This document shows, in pieces, positions 8,583 to 17,719 of a stretch of 64,000 nucleotides of DNA. Each line of letters starts with the position of its first letter. Positions within the stretch are counted from its first letter, which is position 1. A program made the position numbers and the translations under genes. Below the pieces are notes generated by a model that searched no databases, had not been told where the DNA came from, and was given only the letters and a program-made list of their open reading frames with translations. Source of the stretch: Terracidiphilus sp. (GTDB lineage: Bacteria > Acidobacteriota > Terriglobia > Terriglobales > Acidobacteriaceae); contig JBKQRH010000013.1 of NCBI GenBank assembly GCA_052326045.1, forward strand, positions 77-64,076, written 5' to 3'.

Positions 8583-11500
8583 ATGTTTCATGAGTTCAAT
8601 CCCCCCTGTAGGCGGGCGCGCGCGCGCCGACTGAGCGGGTACCTTGCGGTACTCGCGGCTCTACTACTAACTCTTGTTGCGCCGAGCGCGTATGCCGCAA
8701 ATGCGTGCAACGTTGTTTACACAATTTCACCGCAAAACTCCAGCCAGTTCGGAGCGACCATCACCATTGAAAATACGGGAACGACCGCCTGGACCAGTTG
8801 GTCGCTTACCTGGACCTTCGCCAACGGACAGACCATCGCCAATTCCTGGAACGGAACCGTATCGCAGAGCGGCGCCAACGTCACGGTGAGTGAACAGTCC
8901 GGCCAGACTTGGGAGAACATTCCTGCCGGCGGAAGCTACTCCGGATTCGGCTTCAACGGCACCTGGAACGGCACCACCAACGCGGTACCCACGTCGTTCG
9001 CCGTCAACGGAACGACCTGCGGCGCGACGGGGAGCTTCACGCTTAAGCCATCGGCGTTCACTCTGTCGATAGCACAGGGCGCCAGCGGCACCGGCACAAT
9101 CACTATAACAGACGTGAGTCCGTTCACCGGCTCTGTAACTCTTGCCGCGACCGGCCTGCCAACCGGTGTAACTGCCGCGTTCGCCACCAACCCGGCTACC
9201 TCGACCAGCGTGCTGACGCTGACAGCCAGCGCCACGGCCACGGCGGGAACGTCTACGGTCACCATTACCGGGACCTCTCGCACATTGACCGCAACCACCA
9301 CCATCGCGCTAACCGTCACGGCCAAGGTGGGTTTCACGCTGGCGCCCTCAGCGCCCGCTCTTTCAGTTGCGCAAGGCAAGACCGCAACCGACACCATTAC
9401 GGTAACCGACGTGGGCGGATTCACCGGCAGCGTAACTCTGGCGGCAACGGGCCTGCCCAGCGGAGTTACTGTTGCGTACGGTACCAATCCCACCACCACG
9501 ACCAGCGTGCTCACATTCACGGCTACTGCCGCAGCCACGGTGGGAACGTACACGGTGACCATCACCGGAACCTCCGGCACGCTGACCGCGACCACAACGA
9601 TCACCCTCACGGTGACTACTGCCGGCTCCGGCTACGCTGCAACCGCGAAGGCGAACTTCCTCGCCATGTACGGCGACATGACGGCTGCAAACGGCTACTC
9701 AGCCCTCTGGGCATTCCCTATCACTCAGTCGAAACGATGATCATTGAAGCTCCCGACTACGGCCATGAGACAGTATCTGAGACTTACAGTTACTACCTCT
9801 GGCTGGAATCGATGTATGGCGCCGTCACCGGCACATGGACGCCTCTGCAGACGGCGTGGGACAGTTATCAGACCTACCAGATTCCGAGCGCGGCCGAACA
9901 GCCGACCAACAGCGGTTACAATCCCAGCTCTCCGGCTACCTACGCTCCGACTTGGGATACACCCGACGACTACCCCTCCACACTCACCTCTTCGGTACCG
10001 GTCGGCATCGATCCTCTGGTAACCGAGTTGGACACCACGTATGGCACCTGGAACATCTATGGCGCGCACTGGATCATCGACTCCTCTGACTGGTACGGCT
10101 ACGGCATCAATGAGAACGGAACTGGCGCTCCGTCCTGTATCAACACGTATCAGCGTGGGCCTATGGAGTCGGTATGGTTGACGGTTCCGCAACCCTGCTG
10201 GGACAACTTCGTGTACGGCAATACCAGCAGCGGTTATCTGAGCCTGTTCACATCAGGGCCGTGGACGCAGCAGTGGAAGTATACGGATGCACCAGACGCC
10301 GACGCGCGCGCCATCCAGGCCCTGTATTGGGCACAGCAGTACTCCGGCGGAAACTCGACCGTTGCTTCGTTGCTCCCGTTGGGCGCCGAACTTGGCGACT
10401 ATCTGCGCTACTCGTTCTTTGACAAGTACTTCAAGGAACAAGGATGCCAGAGCCTCTCTTGCGCGGTGGAAAACGGCACCAAGAACTCGTCGGCTTACCT
10501 GCTGTCCTGGTACTACGCATGGGGCGGCGCACTGCCGGCGGAAGGAAGCTGGGCTTGGCGCATTGGATCAAGCGACGTCCACTTCGGCTATCAGAACCCG
10601 TTGGCGGCCTATGCGCTGTCGATCGATACCGCTCTGACTCCCAAGTCACCCACCGCAAAGGCGGATTGGACCACCACTCTCTCGCGGATGATCCAATTTT
10701 ACCGTTGGCTGCAGTCGTCGCAAGGCGCCATCGCGGGCGGCGCGACCAACAGTTGGGGTGGCGGCAGCAACAATGCAGAAACCGCTTGGGGCGGCCAGTA
10801 CGCCGTTCCTCCCGCTGGCACCAGCACCTTCTACGGAATGTCCTACATCGCGGAGCCGTCTTATGACAATCCGCCTAGCAACCAGTGGTTCGGATTTCGG
10901 GCTTGGTCTATGGAGCGTGTTGCCGAGTACTACTACGTAACCGGCAATGCGGATGCCAAGATCGTCCTGGATCCCTGGATCGCCTGGGTCGAAGCCAATA
11001 CCACGGCGACCTCGACTAGCTACTCAATTCCGTCGAGCATGACGTGGACTGGACAACCATCTCTCAATTGGAATGCGACAACTCAGGATTGGACAGTGGG
11101 TGACCTTGGGGTTACTTACAACACAGGGTTGTCCGTGACCATTACGGCCACCGGCCAGGATGTTGGAGTGACAGGTTCGCTCTGCAAGGCCCTGCTCTAC
11201 TACAGCGCAGGCACTGCGAAATGGGCGACGGCGCAAGACATGCAGTCCTTCAATCTTGCCAAGCAGCTGCTGACCACTGTATGGGCGCTGGACCGCGACA
11301 GCATCGGCCTGTCGGCTTCTGAAACGGGCACCACCTACAATCAGATCACCACACCCATTTACATTCCCGCGGGTTGGACGGGAACCATGCCCAACGGCGA
11401 TCCGATCAACTCCGACTCGACGTTCCTCAGCATCCGGACCAAATACGAGACGGATCCGGAATACCCCGTGGTCGCGAAGTATGCCGCTGGCATCGGGCCG

Positions 11501-11590
11501 GCTCCAGTATTCAAATTTCACCGCTTCTGGGCTCAGACGGACATTGCCACGGCCTATGCGGTGTACTACCTGTTGTTCCCGAACGACTAA
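8583..11590 (+). pseudogene. CBM2 + 2 Ig-like repeats + GH48 cellobiohydrolase, split by a 1-nt frameshift near 9699 into ORFs 8583-9740 and 9737-11590 (real lesion or sequencing error)
   Basis: AAC GGC TAC TC AGC CCT CTG GGC ATT CCC TAT CAC: adding one T restores the GH48 motif [26 protein letters not shown]; catalytic motifs TVSETYSY, NTYQRGP, YTDAPDADARA, HRFWAQ intact. Confidence 0.85.
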
Positions 11591-12076
11591 GGGGAACGTT
11601 GGCTAGTTCGCTGGCCCGGATTACTCAACGGAATAGGTTCGCGGGTTTGCGATTGTAGTGGAAAAGGACCGTGGTTTCAGGCATCCATTCGTTACTGGAA
11701 CGAAGTCAATGCCACGAAACCACGGCCATCTCAGGACAGAGTGGAACCAGGAAGTTCCGCCGTTTTGCCCTCGTCTTGGCGCCGTGTGGCGGCCGGGTTC
11801 TCGGCCGACTTGTGCTTCAGCAGCATGTCTTCCTGGCGGGAAACGATTTTGCTTGCTGCTTGAAGCTTCGAATTCGATGACCTTGTCTGACGCGTTTTTC
11901 ACGCTGATCCGCGTCGCAGAATAGCGTTGCCAGATTCATCGCTGTAGTCGATCTTGTAACTGTCAAAGCACCACAGAACCGCAAGGGTCGACAGGGATCG
12001 GCACGCACCCGGTAAACAGTTCAATCAAAGGCAGTCATTTCCTCCAAGTTTCAACAGGATTCAATAAATCGTTTGA

Positions 12077-12126
12077 CCTGTGTTGGAAGCAGAGGGTCGG
12101 GGGTTCAAATCCCTCCGCCCCAACCA
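12077..12126 (+). other. Degenerate tRNA-Pro 3' half (att-like fragment)
   Basis: cctgt-gttggaa-gcaga gggtc ggggg TTCAAAT ccctc cgcccc aACCA; T-arm and CCA present, no 5' acceptor strand or D-arm. Confidence 0.75.
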
Positions 12127-12364
12127 GCATAAGCTATTGAAAATACAAGCGATATTTCACTTTTTCAGCGCGCATCTGCTTATTACCGTTACATCACTGT
12201 TGTCGAATTTATAGCTGGCCTGCCCAGGCAGCTTACGGCAAGCTACACGAGACAGCAAATAAGACGTTTATTATCTTTATCATGGCATGACGCCACGGGG
12301 CAGCCCAGAGACTCAGTTCGTCTCACGAGAAACAGTCGAAACGGTCACGGCGTGAGACAATCGA

Positions 12365-14458
12365 TCACTGGATGAGATCTGCTTCCATTGGACCGAGGAC
12401 CACAGTCCTCTCAAACACGCGATTGCTGATGATTCCTTTCTTGACGCCGGTGACGGGGATCCTCTTCTCTTCCCCGATCGTGTTTACATAAAGAGTCCGG
12501 CCATCGACAACCCTTGCGTAAACTCCCTCGGGAGCCTTGGGGCCCGGTTGAATGCCCGCAACCGTGTAGAGATAGTTCATCAGCGGACCGATTGCGGAAG
12601 GATTCGATTCCGTCGCCAGATAGATCGCATTTCCTTTGCCGAACTTGTTGATCGTGACAGCGGGAGAATGGTCTGCGGTATTCGTGAATCGCGCGACGAC
12701 CGTGGCCGTAGACGGCTCAAGCACCTCATAGTGATGGACGCTGGTCTCGATCGAATCACCACCCAACTGGAAACTCAGTGCTGCCGGAATGTCGTAAAAC
12801 GCGTTTGTCTTCAGTCCAAAGACATCGCTCAAGCGGCCGGGCAGCGGCATATCGAACCATTGCCCGTGCTCGTCAACTTTGGCCGAAAACGCGGTCATCA
12901 AAACGGCGCCGCCTCCACTTACGTAGTCCCGAAGGGCCTTCGCGCTTGCGGCATCCATCACGTAATCGGCCGGCACGATGACCAGCTTGTAGGGCGAAAG
13001 GCTGTCGTGTCCGATGTTGATGATCGCCGTGTCGATGTTGGCGCGGAAGAGGGGATCAAAGGCTCCTTGCACCTGCTCCGTATAGGAAGGCTTGAAGAAT
13101 TGACGCGTCGTGCTGGAGGGACCGTTCGGGTCCGAATCAACGAAGGAATCGAAGGAATATGCGATGGCCACCTCCGGATGAGTGTAGCGTGGGAACCCGA
13201 AGTTTGAAAGCTGCTTGAATTCGGAAGCGATCCGCGCGAACTCGTCCACTTTCCAGGAAGGAGTGCCATCGTGGTCGACCAGCCCGAAGAGCGCCTGCTC
13301 CTCTCCTCCAATATGACTGTTGAACGTCCATGCGAGGATTCCTTGCGCGCCTATCATCAGTCCGAGATACGCATACATCCGGCTTCGGCCCGGCGTTCCA
13401 TAGTAACCTCCGCCGCCCGCGGTAAATTCGTTGAACCAGATGGGTGTGGCCAGATCGCCTTTCGTCATCAGTGCGCCAAACGCACCACTGACCGGGTCAC
13501 CCGGGTACAAGCCCTCGGCACCGAAAGACACGTAGGACTTGTACGTGGCGAGATAATCGAAGCCTCGCCTCCATGCGGTATCCCATAGATTGGAGATCGA
13601 CGGAATCTCCGGCATATTGCGGCGGCGAACCACATCGAGTTCATCGAGCCGGGCCACCGAAACATCGGACCAATAACGGTGGAGATCCAGATAGCGCTCG
13701 GGCGGTCCAGGCCCGTCCGCGAGTGGCAAATCAACGTCCTCGAAGCTGTTCAACCGGCGTGACCATCGCTGTGTGGCCCAGGCCTGGTTGAGTTCTTCGA
13801 TGGTTCCGTACTTTTTTTTGAGCCATGTGATGAACCGCTGCCGGTCGGCTTCTGAATACGACATGAAACCGTTTCCGATTTCGTTGTTGTAGCCGACAGC
13901 GATCACCGCTGGGTAATGGGCATAGCGTTTCGTCAGCGCGTCCGCTAAGATTCCCAATTCGCGCACGTAACCCGGATCGCTGATGTCGTCCATATAGCGC
14001 TCCGCGGGGGGAAGGCGCGTGCCGTTCTGGCTAATGATATCGACGTCCGGGTACGCACGATGCAGCCAGATGGGCGCCGGCGAGCCCGGAATATCCAGGA
14101 TCACCCTGATCCCGCTGGCCTGCATCTTGTCCATCACCTTGTCGAACCACTCGAACTCAAATTTGCCTTGCGAGGGTTCAAACGAGTCCCACGACAGGTC
14201 TCCCATGCGCACGACGTTGAATCCCGCGTGCTTCATGATCGCAATGTCACGATCAATCTCCTCGGGTGTGCGATCGATGGGCTGATAACAAGTCCCCACG
14301 AAGAGCTGCCCAGGACCCGGCCAATTGGGATGTACGGAAATATTCTGAGCGGCAGAAAATGCGCTTAGCGCCAATCCGACAACCAGAGAAAGCGCAAGCC
14401 GCTTTACTGAGGCACCCGGGCATTGACGATAACGCGACAACCGAATCCGTTTTCTCAC
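12365..14458 (-). CDS. Secreted GH42 beta-galactosidase
   Basis: GTCYQP, MKHAGFNVVRMG, SWDSFEP, YNNE, WFNE, C-terminal trimerisation domain; GTG start at 14458 after AGGAGG (ORF open to 14506). Confidence 0.9.
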   Translation of the reverse strand: MRKRIRLSRYRQCPGASVKRLALSLVVGLALSAFSAAQNISVHPNWPGPGQLFVGTCYQPIDRTPEEIDRDIAIMKHAGFNVVRMGDLSWDSFEPSQGKFEFEWFDKVMDKMQASGIRVILDIPGSPAPIWLHRAYPDVDIISQNGTRLPPAERYMDDISDPGYVRELGILADALTKRYAHYPAVIAVGYNNEIGNGFMSYSEADRQRFITWLKKKYGTIEELNQAWATQRWSRRLNSFEDVDLPLADGPGPPERYLDLHRYWSDVSVARLDELDVVRRRNMPEIPSISNLWDTAWRRGFDYLATYKSYVSFGAEGLYPGDPVSGAFGALMTKGDLATPIWFNEFTAGGGGYYGTPGRSRMYAYLGLMIGAQGILAWTFNSHIGGEEQALFGLVDHDGTPSWKVDEFARIASEFKQLSNFGFPRYTHPEVAIAYSFDSFVDSDPNGPSSTTRQFFKPSYTEQVQGAFDPLFRANIDTAIINIGHDSLSPYKLVIVPADYVMDAASAKALRDYVSGGGAVLMTAFSAKVDEHGQWFDMPLPGRLSDVFGLKTNAFYDIPAALSFQLGGDSIETSVHHYEVLEPSTATVVARFTNTADHSPAVTINKFGKGNAIYLATESNPSAIGPLMNYLYTVAGIQPGPKAPEGVYARVVDGRTLYVNTIGEEKRIPVTGVKKGIISNRVFERTVVLGPMEADLIQ

Positions 14459-14578
14459 AAAGCCCTCCTGCGTGAAGAAGTGACTGAACGTTTGATGTTT
14501 CTTCAAGACTACCTAAAGCTGATCAACACCTCCATGGCGCGATGACCGCCAGGAAGGGATAGGTAGGCCGGTGTTGGA

Positions 14579-17533
14579 TTAGTTGGCGGTTTCAGTAAAA
14601 GTGACTGAAGCGCCGCCCAGGGCGAACTGGTCCTGGGCCTTGACGGTCACCGTGCCTGCGGTGGACGGCAGGGTGAGGGTCACGGAGGCTATGCCCGACG
14701 AACTGGTTGTGGCAATCACGCTCGTACCCGACGTGGTTCCATTCGACAGAGTGCCGGCCGAGGTGGTGAACAGGATGCCGGCTCCCGTAGCGCTTCCGCC
14801 GGATTGGCCCGGCGCGAGGGTGACGGTGAGGGTATTCGAGAGGGCCGTGCCTGCCGTGCCGGTCTGGTCGTTGCCGCCGGTGACGGTGAGGGTGGCCGGC
14901 GTATTGCCCACAACGATCCAGCCGCCCTGTGTCTGAGTAGCCGTGCCGTCGGAGCCGGTCACGGTGAAGTGGCAGAAGCCGGGCGTGCTGACCGCGTTCA
15001 CGGTGATGGTTGCGGTCTGGGTCGCGGTAATGGTGGAGTTGGTGAGCGCCAGAGAGCCGCTGCAGGCGGGGGCGCCCTGGTAAGCGTCGAAGACAGCCGA
15101 TGAGAGTGTCACTGTGGCGCTGCCGCTGCTGATCGCCGGATGCAGGGTCGCGGCGCCCGAGGCAGGAATCATCAGGTCGTCGGGGTTGAGGTGCCACTCC
15201 GATGCGGGTGTGGAGGCTTCGCTTCCGTTGACCACCAGCAGAGTGATGCTGTAGGGAGCGAAGGTCTGCGTCGCACTCCAGGCTGCGGAACTGGAAGCCG
15301 AAATTGCGCTGGAAGCGGTCGAGGCCAGCGTGTAAGCCACGTAGCTGGACGCGCTGAATCCGGACAGATTGAATGTTACCTGCGCCGTGTTCTGGGAATC
15401 CTTGTTAAGGACCATGATGGTCATCGTCGTGCCGGTTGAGTTGAGCGAGGCGTAGCTGCTGAACAGATCAGAATTGCCGTTGTTGGCAGCAGAGATCGAC
15501 AGCGGCTCGAACATATGATGTGCGCCGTCGTAGTTGGTGTACATCTTCCAGGCCAGGTATTCAGCAGTGCCTGGCGAGGGCCCGCCCCAGCGCGAGGCAA
15601 AGCTAAGTCCCTCGCGTCCAAAGACGCCTAAGGTGTCCGCGTCGGCTATCGCCGTGGAAAAGTCCGATCCGCTGTTCTGGGCCAGGCCAGCGCCCCACTC
15701 GGTATAGGACAGGGGCGTTCCGGGGTAGATGGCGTTGACCATGGCCTTGAAGCGCGGAATGTGGAAGGGGATGCCAGGATTTGGCTCCTCATTGGTCGTC
15801 CAGGTGTTGTCCGTATCCAGGTTCACAGTGGCCGGATCCCAGTAATACCCAGCGCACTTAACCGTAGCAGCCTGAAGCTGTGCGTTGGTGAAATTGGTGG
15901 TAGGGCCGCAGTCTGCATACGCATGAATATCGAAGACGTCAAGCGTGCGCGCGCCGTTGATCAGATCGAACCAGTAGATCTGATTCAGCCACCAGGGCAG
16001 GAAGTCAACGCCGCCGTGAGCGGCCTTGTCATTGCCGTTGGCGCCGTTCCAGTAGAACCACCAGCAGCAGAAGACCGGACCAAAGCGTACTGCTGCCGCA
16101 TCCCACGTCTTGAGATTCGTCGCTTCTGCCTCATAGAGACTGGCGATCTCGTCGTAGCCCGTCGGGGCCGGGTGAACGTCGCGGTGTGTGCCATTCCAGA
16201 TGTCGGGTTCGTTGTCCATGTCGTAGAAGTGGCAGGAGGTGATCGTCGAATACGGCACGGAGCACGTTCCGCTTCCGAAGGCGGTGGCCAGCGCCTTCGC
16301 CCAGGTTTCGCGGTCGATGCAGGTTGTCTCCGAGGTAGTTCCTGCCGGGCAGTTTTGTGCGCTGTCAACCAGCGGATAGTAGGCCGTGGTGACGGCGTTG
16401 GTGGTCACCGGTGTCTTGCAGTCGGTTTCAAGTCCGTCGCCGGCGTCGCTGTTGTAGGGATCGACGGAGCACTGCGATCCGAACTTCGCGACGGAAAAGC
16501 TCCAGTTGCGATTTGTGCTGTTCTCGGCTTCCCCGGCCACCCAGTCCATCATGGCCATCGTCGTCAGAGCATGGCTGCCGGCATTTTGGGTATTGGTAAT
16601 AAGTTGGACCTGGTCGCCCGCGCCTCCGTAGTCTTCGAAGTAATAGTCTGCGGCGGAATTGCGGGTTTGCAACTGCCAATTGTAGTTCGACGCGTCATTG
16701 CCGCCCCATCGCGAAAAGGTGTAGCCCACGTCGGATATGTCCGAAATCGTCTGGTCATTATTCCCGTAAACGAACGGGCTGATCTGATGGCGATTGGCCA
16801 GAACGTCGATGTTGACCGTAACGGCCGTGACGCTGCCTGCGGTGACGGTGACCGAGGCGGTTCCCGAGGCGCTGTTGTAGGTTGCGGAGCTGCCGCTGTC
16901 CGGGGTGTACGTGGCGGTCAGCGTATAGCTGCCTGTTGCCAGCGAACCGGCCTGAATCGTGATCGTTGCCGAGCCGGAACTGAGCGTAGTGGCGGATGAA
17001 GTGTAGCTGCCGCCGGATAGAACCACCGAGCCAGTTGGCGTGCCACCCGATCCGGAGACCGCAATGGTGACTGAGAGCGATTGCGCCGTGGTAATACTGC
17101 TGGATGCCGGTGTCACGGTAACAGTGGGCGTAATCGCAGGCTGCGTGACGGTGATTGAGGCGGTTCCGGAAGCGCTGTAGTACGCCGCCGAGCTGCCGCT
17201 GTCCGGAGTGTACTTCGCGGTCAACGTATCGGAGCCTCCGGCGAGCGATCCTGCCGGAATGGTAATGGTTGCCGAGCCGGAGCTGAGCGTCGCGGCGGAG
17301 GAGGTATAGCTGCCGCTGGAAAGGACCACCGATCCGGTAGGCGTGCCATTGGCGCCGGAAACGGCGACCGTCACGCTGAGGCTCTGGGCAGAGCGAATGC
17401 TGCTGGATGCGGGGGTGACCGTGACCGTAGGCGTAACCGGACCCGATGATGAATTATTGCCGCCGCCGCCACAGCCGTTAGGCAGGAAAACAACGCAGAT
17501 ACATCCCATCAAAAACAGTAAAAGAGACTTCAT
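14579..17533 (-). CDS. Probable lipoprotein: 2 Ig-like (Big_3-type) domains + GH44 endoglucanase/xyloglucanase + C-terminal Ig-like domains
   Basis: Hydrophobic N-terminus ending GC-GGGG; RWGGN..SNYNW, MDNEPDIW..THRDVHP, DVFDIHAY, SYTEWG, GVFGREG, YTNYDG. Confidence 0.88.
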   Translation of the reverse strand: MKSLLLFLMGCICVVFLPNGCGGGGNNSSSGPVTPTVTVTPASSSIRSAQSLSVTVAVSGANGTPTGSVVLSSGSYTSSAATLSSGSATITIPAGSLAGGSDTLTAKYTPDSGSSAAYYSASGTASITVTQPAITPTVTVTPASSSITTAQSLSVTIAVSGSGGTPTGSVVLSGGSYTSSATTLSSGSATITIQAGSLATGSYTLTATYTPDSGSSATYNSASGTASVTVTAGSVTAVTVNIDVLANRHQISPFVYGNNDQTISDISDVGYTFSRWGGNDASNYNWQLQTRNSAADYYFEDYGGAGDQVQLITNTQNAGSHALTTMAMMDWVAGEAENSTNRNWSFSVAKFGSQCSVDPYNSDAGDGLETDCKTPVTTNAVTTAYYPLVDSAQNCPAGTTSETTCIDRETWAKALATAFGSGTCSVPYSTITSCHFYDMDNEPDIWNGTHRDVHPAPTGYDEIASLYEAEATNLKTWDAAAVRFGPVFCCWWFYWNGANGNDKAAHGGVDFLPWWLNQIYWFDLINGARTLDVFDIHAYADCGPTTNFTNAQLQAATVKCAGYYWDPATVNLDTDNTWTTNEEPNPGIPFHIPRFKAMVNAIYPGTPLSYTEWGAGLAQNSGSDFSTAIADADTLGVFGREGLSFASRWGGPSPGTAEYLAWKMYTNYDGAHHMFEPLSISAANNGNSDLFSSYASLNSTGTTMTIMVLNKDSQNTAQVTFNLSGFSASSYVAYTLASTASSAISASSSAAWSATQTFAPYSITLLVVNGSEASTPASEWHLNPDDLMIPASGAATLHPAISSGSATVTLSSAVFDAYQGAPACSGSLALTNSTITATQTATITVNAVSTPGFCHFTVTGSDGTATQTQGGWIVVGNTPATLTVTGGNDQTGTAGTALSNTLTVTLAPGQSGGSATGAGILFTTSAGTLSNGTTSGTSVIATTSSSGIASVTLTLPSTAGTVTVKAQDQFALGGASVTFTETAN

Positions 17534-17719
17534 ATAGAGAATGCTCCTGGCTGTGCGGACCCTTCATGGTCACAGCGAATGGAATCAGCGGACTGCGTCA
17601 TTTCCCGCCGTACCTGGCAAACGGACGGCTAGGAGGGGAGAGCAGCCGCGGGTAGATACACTCGGACGGCGCGCCCGAGCAGCATATGCCGCCCGGGCCG
17701 AGTGCCGGTTTGCAACAAC

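Noticed and set aside
1476-9610. Long Val-rich minus-strand ORFs over the cellulase repeats (e.g. 1899-2537, 4802-5524, 8936-9610)
   Set aside because: Antisense shadows of Thr-rich ACN codons; no independent motifs
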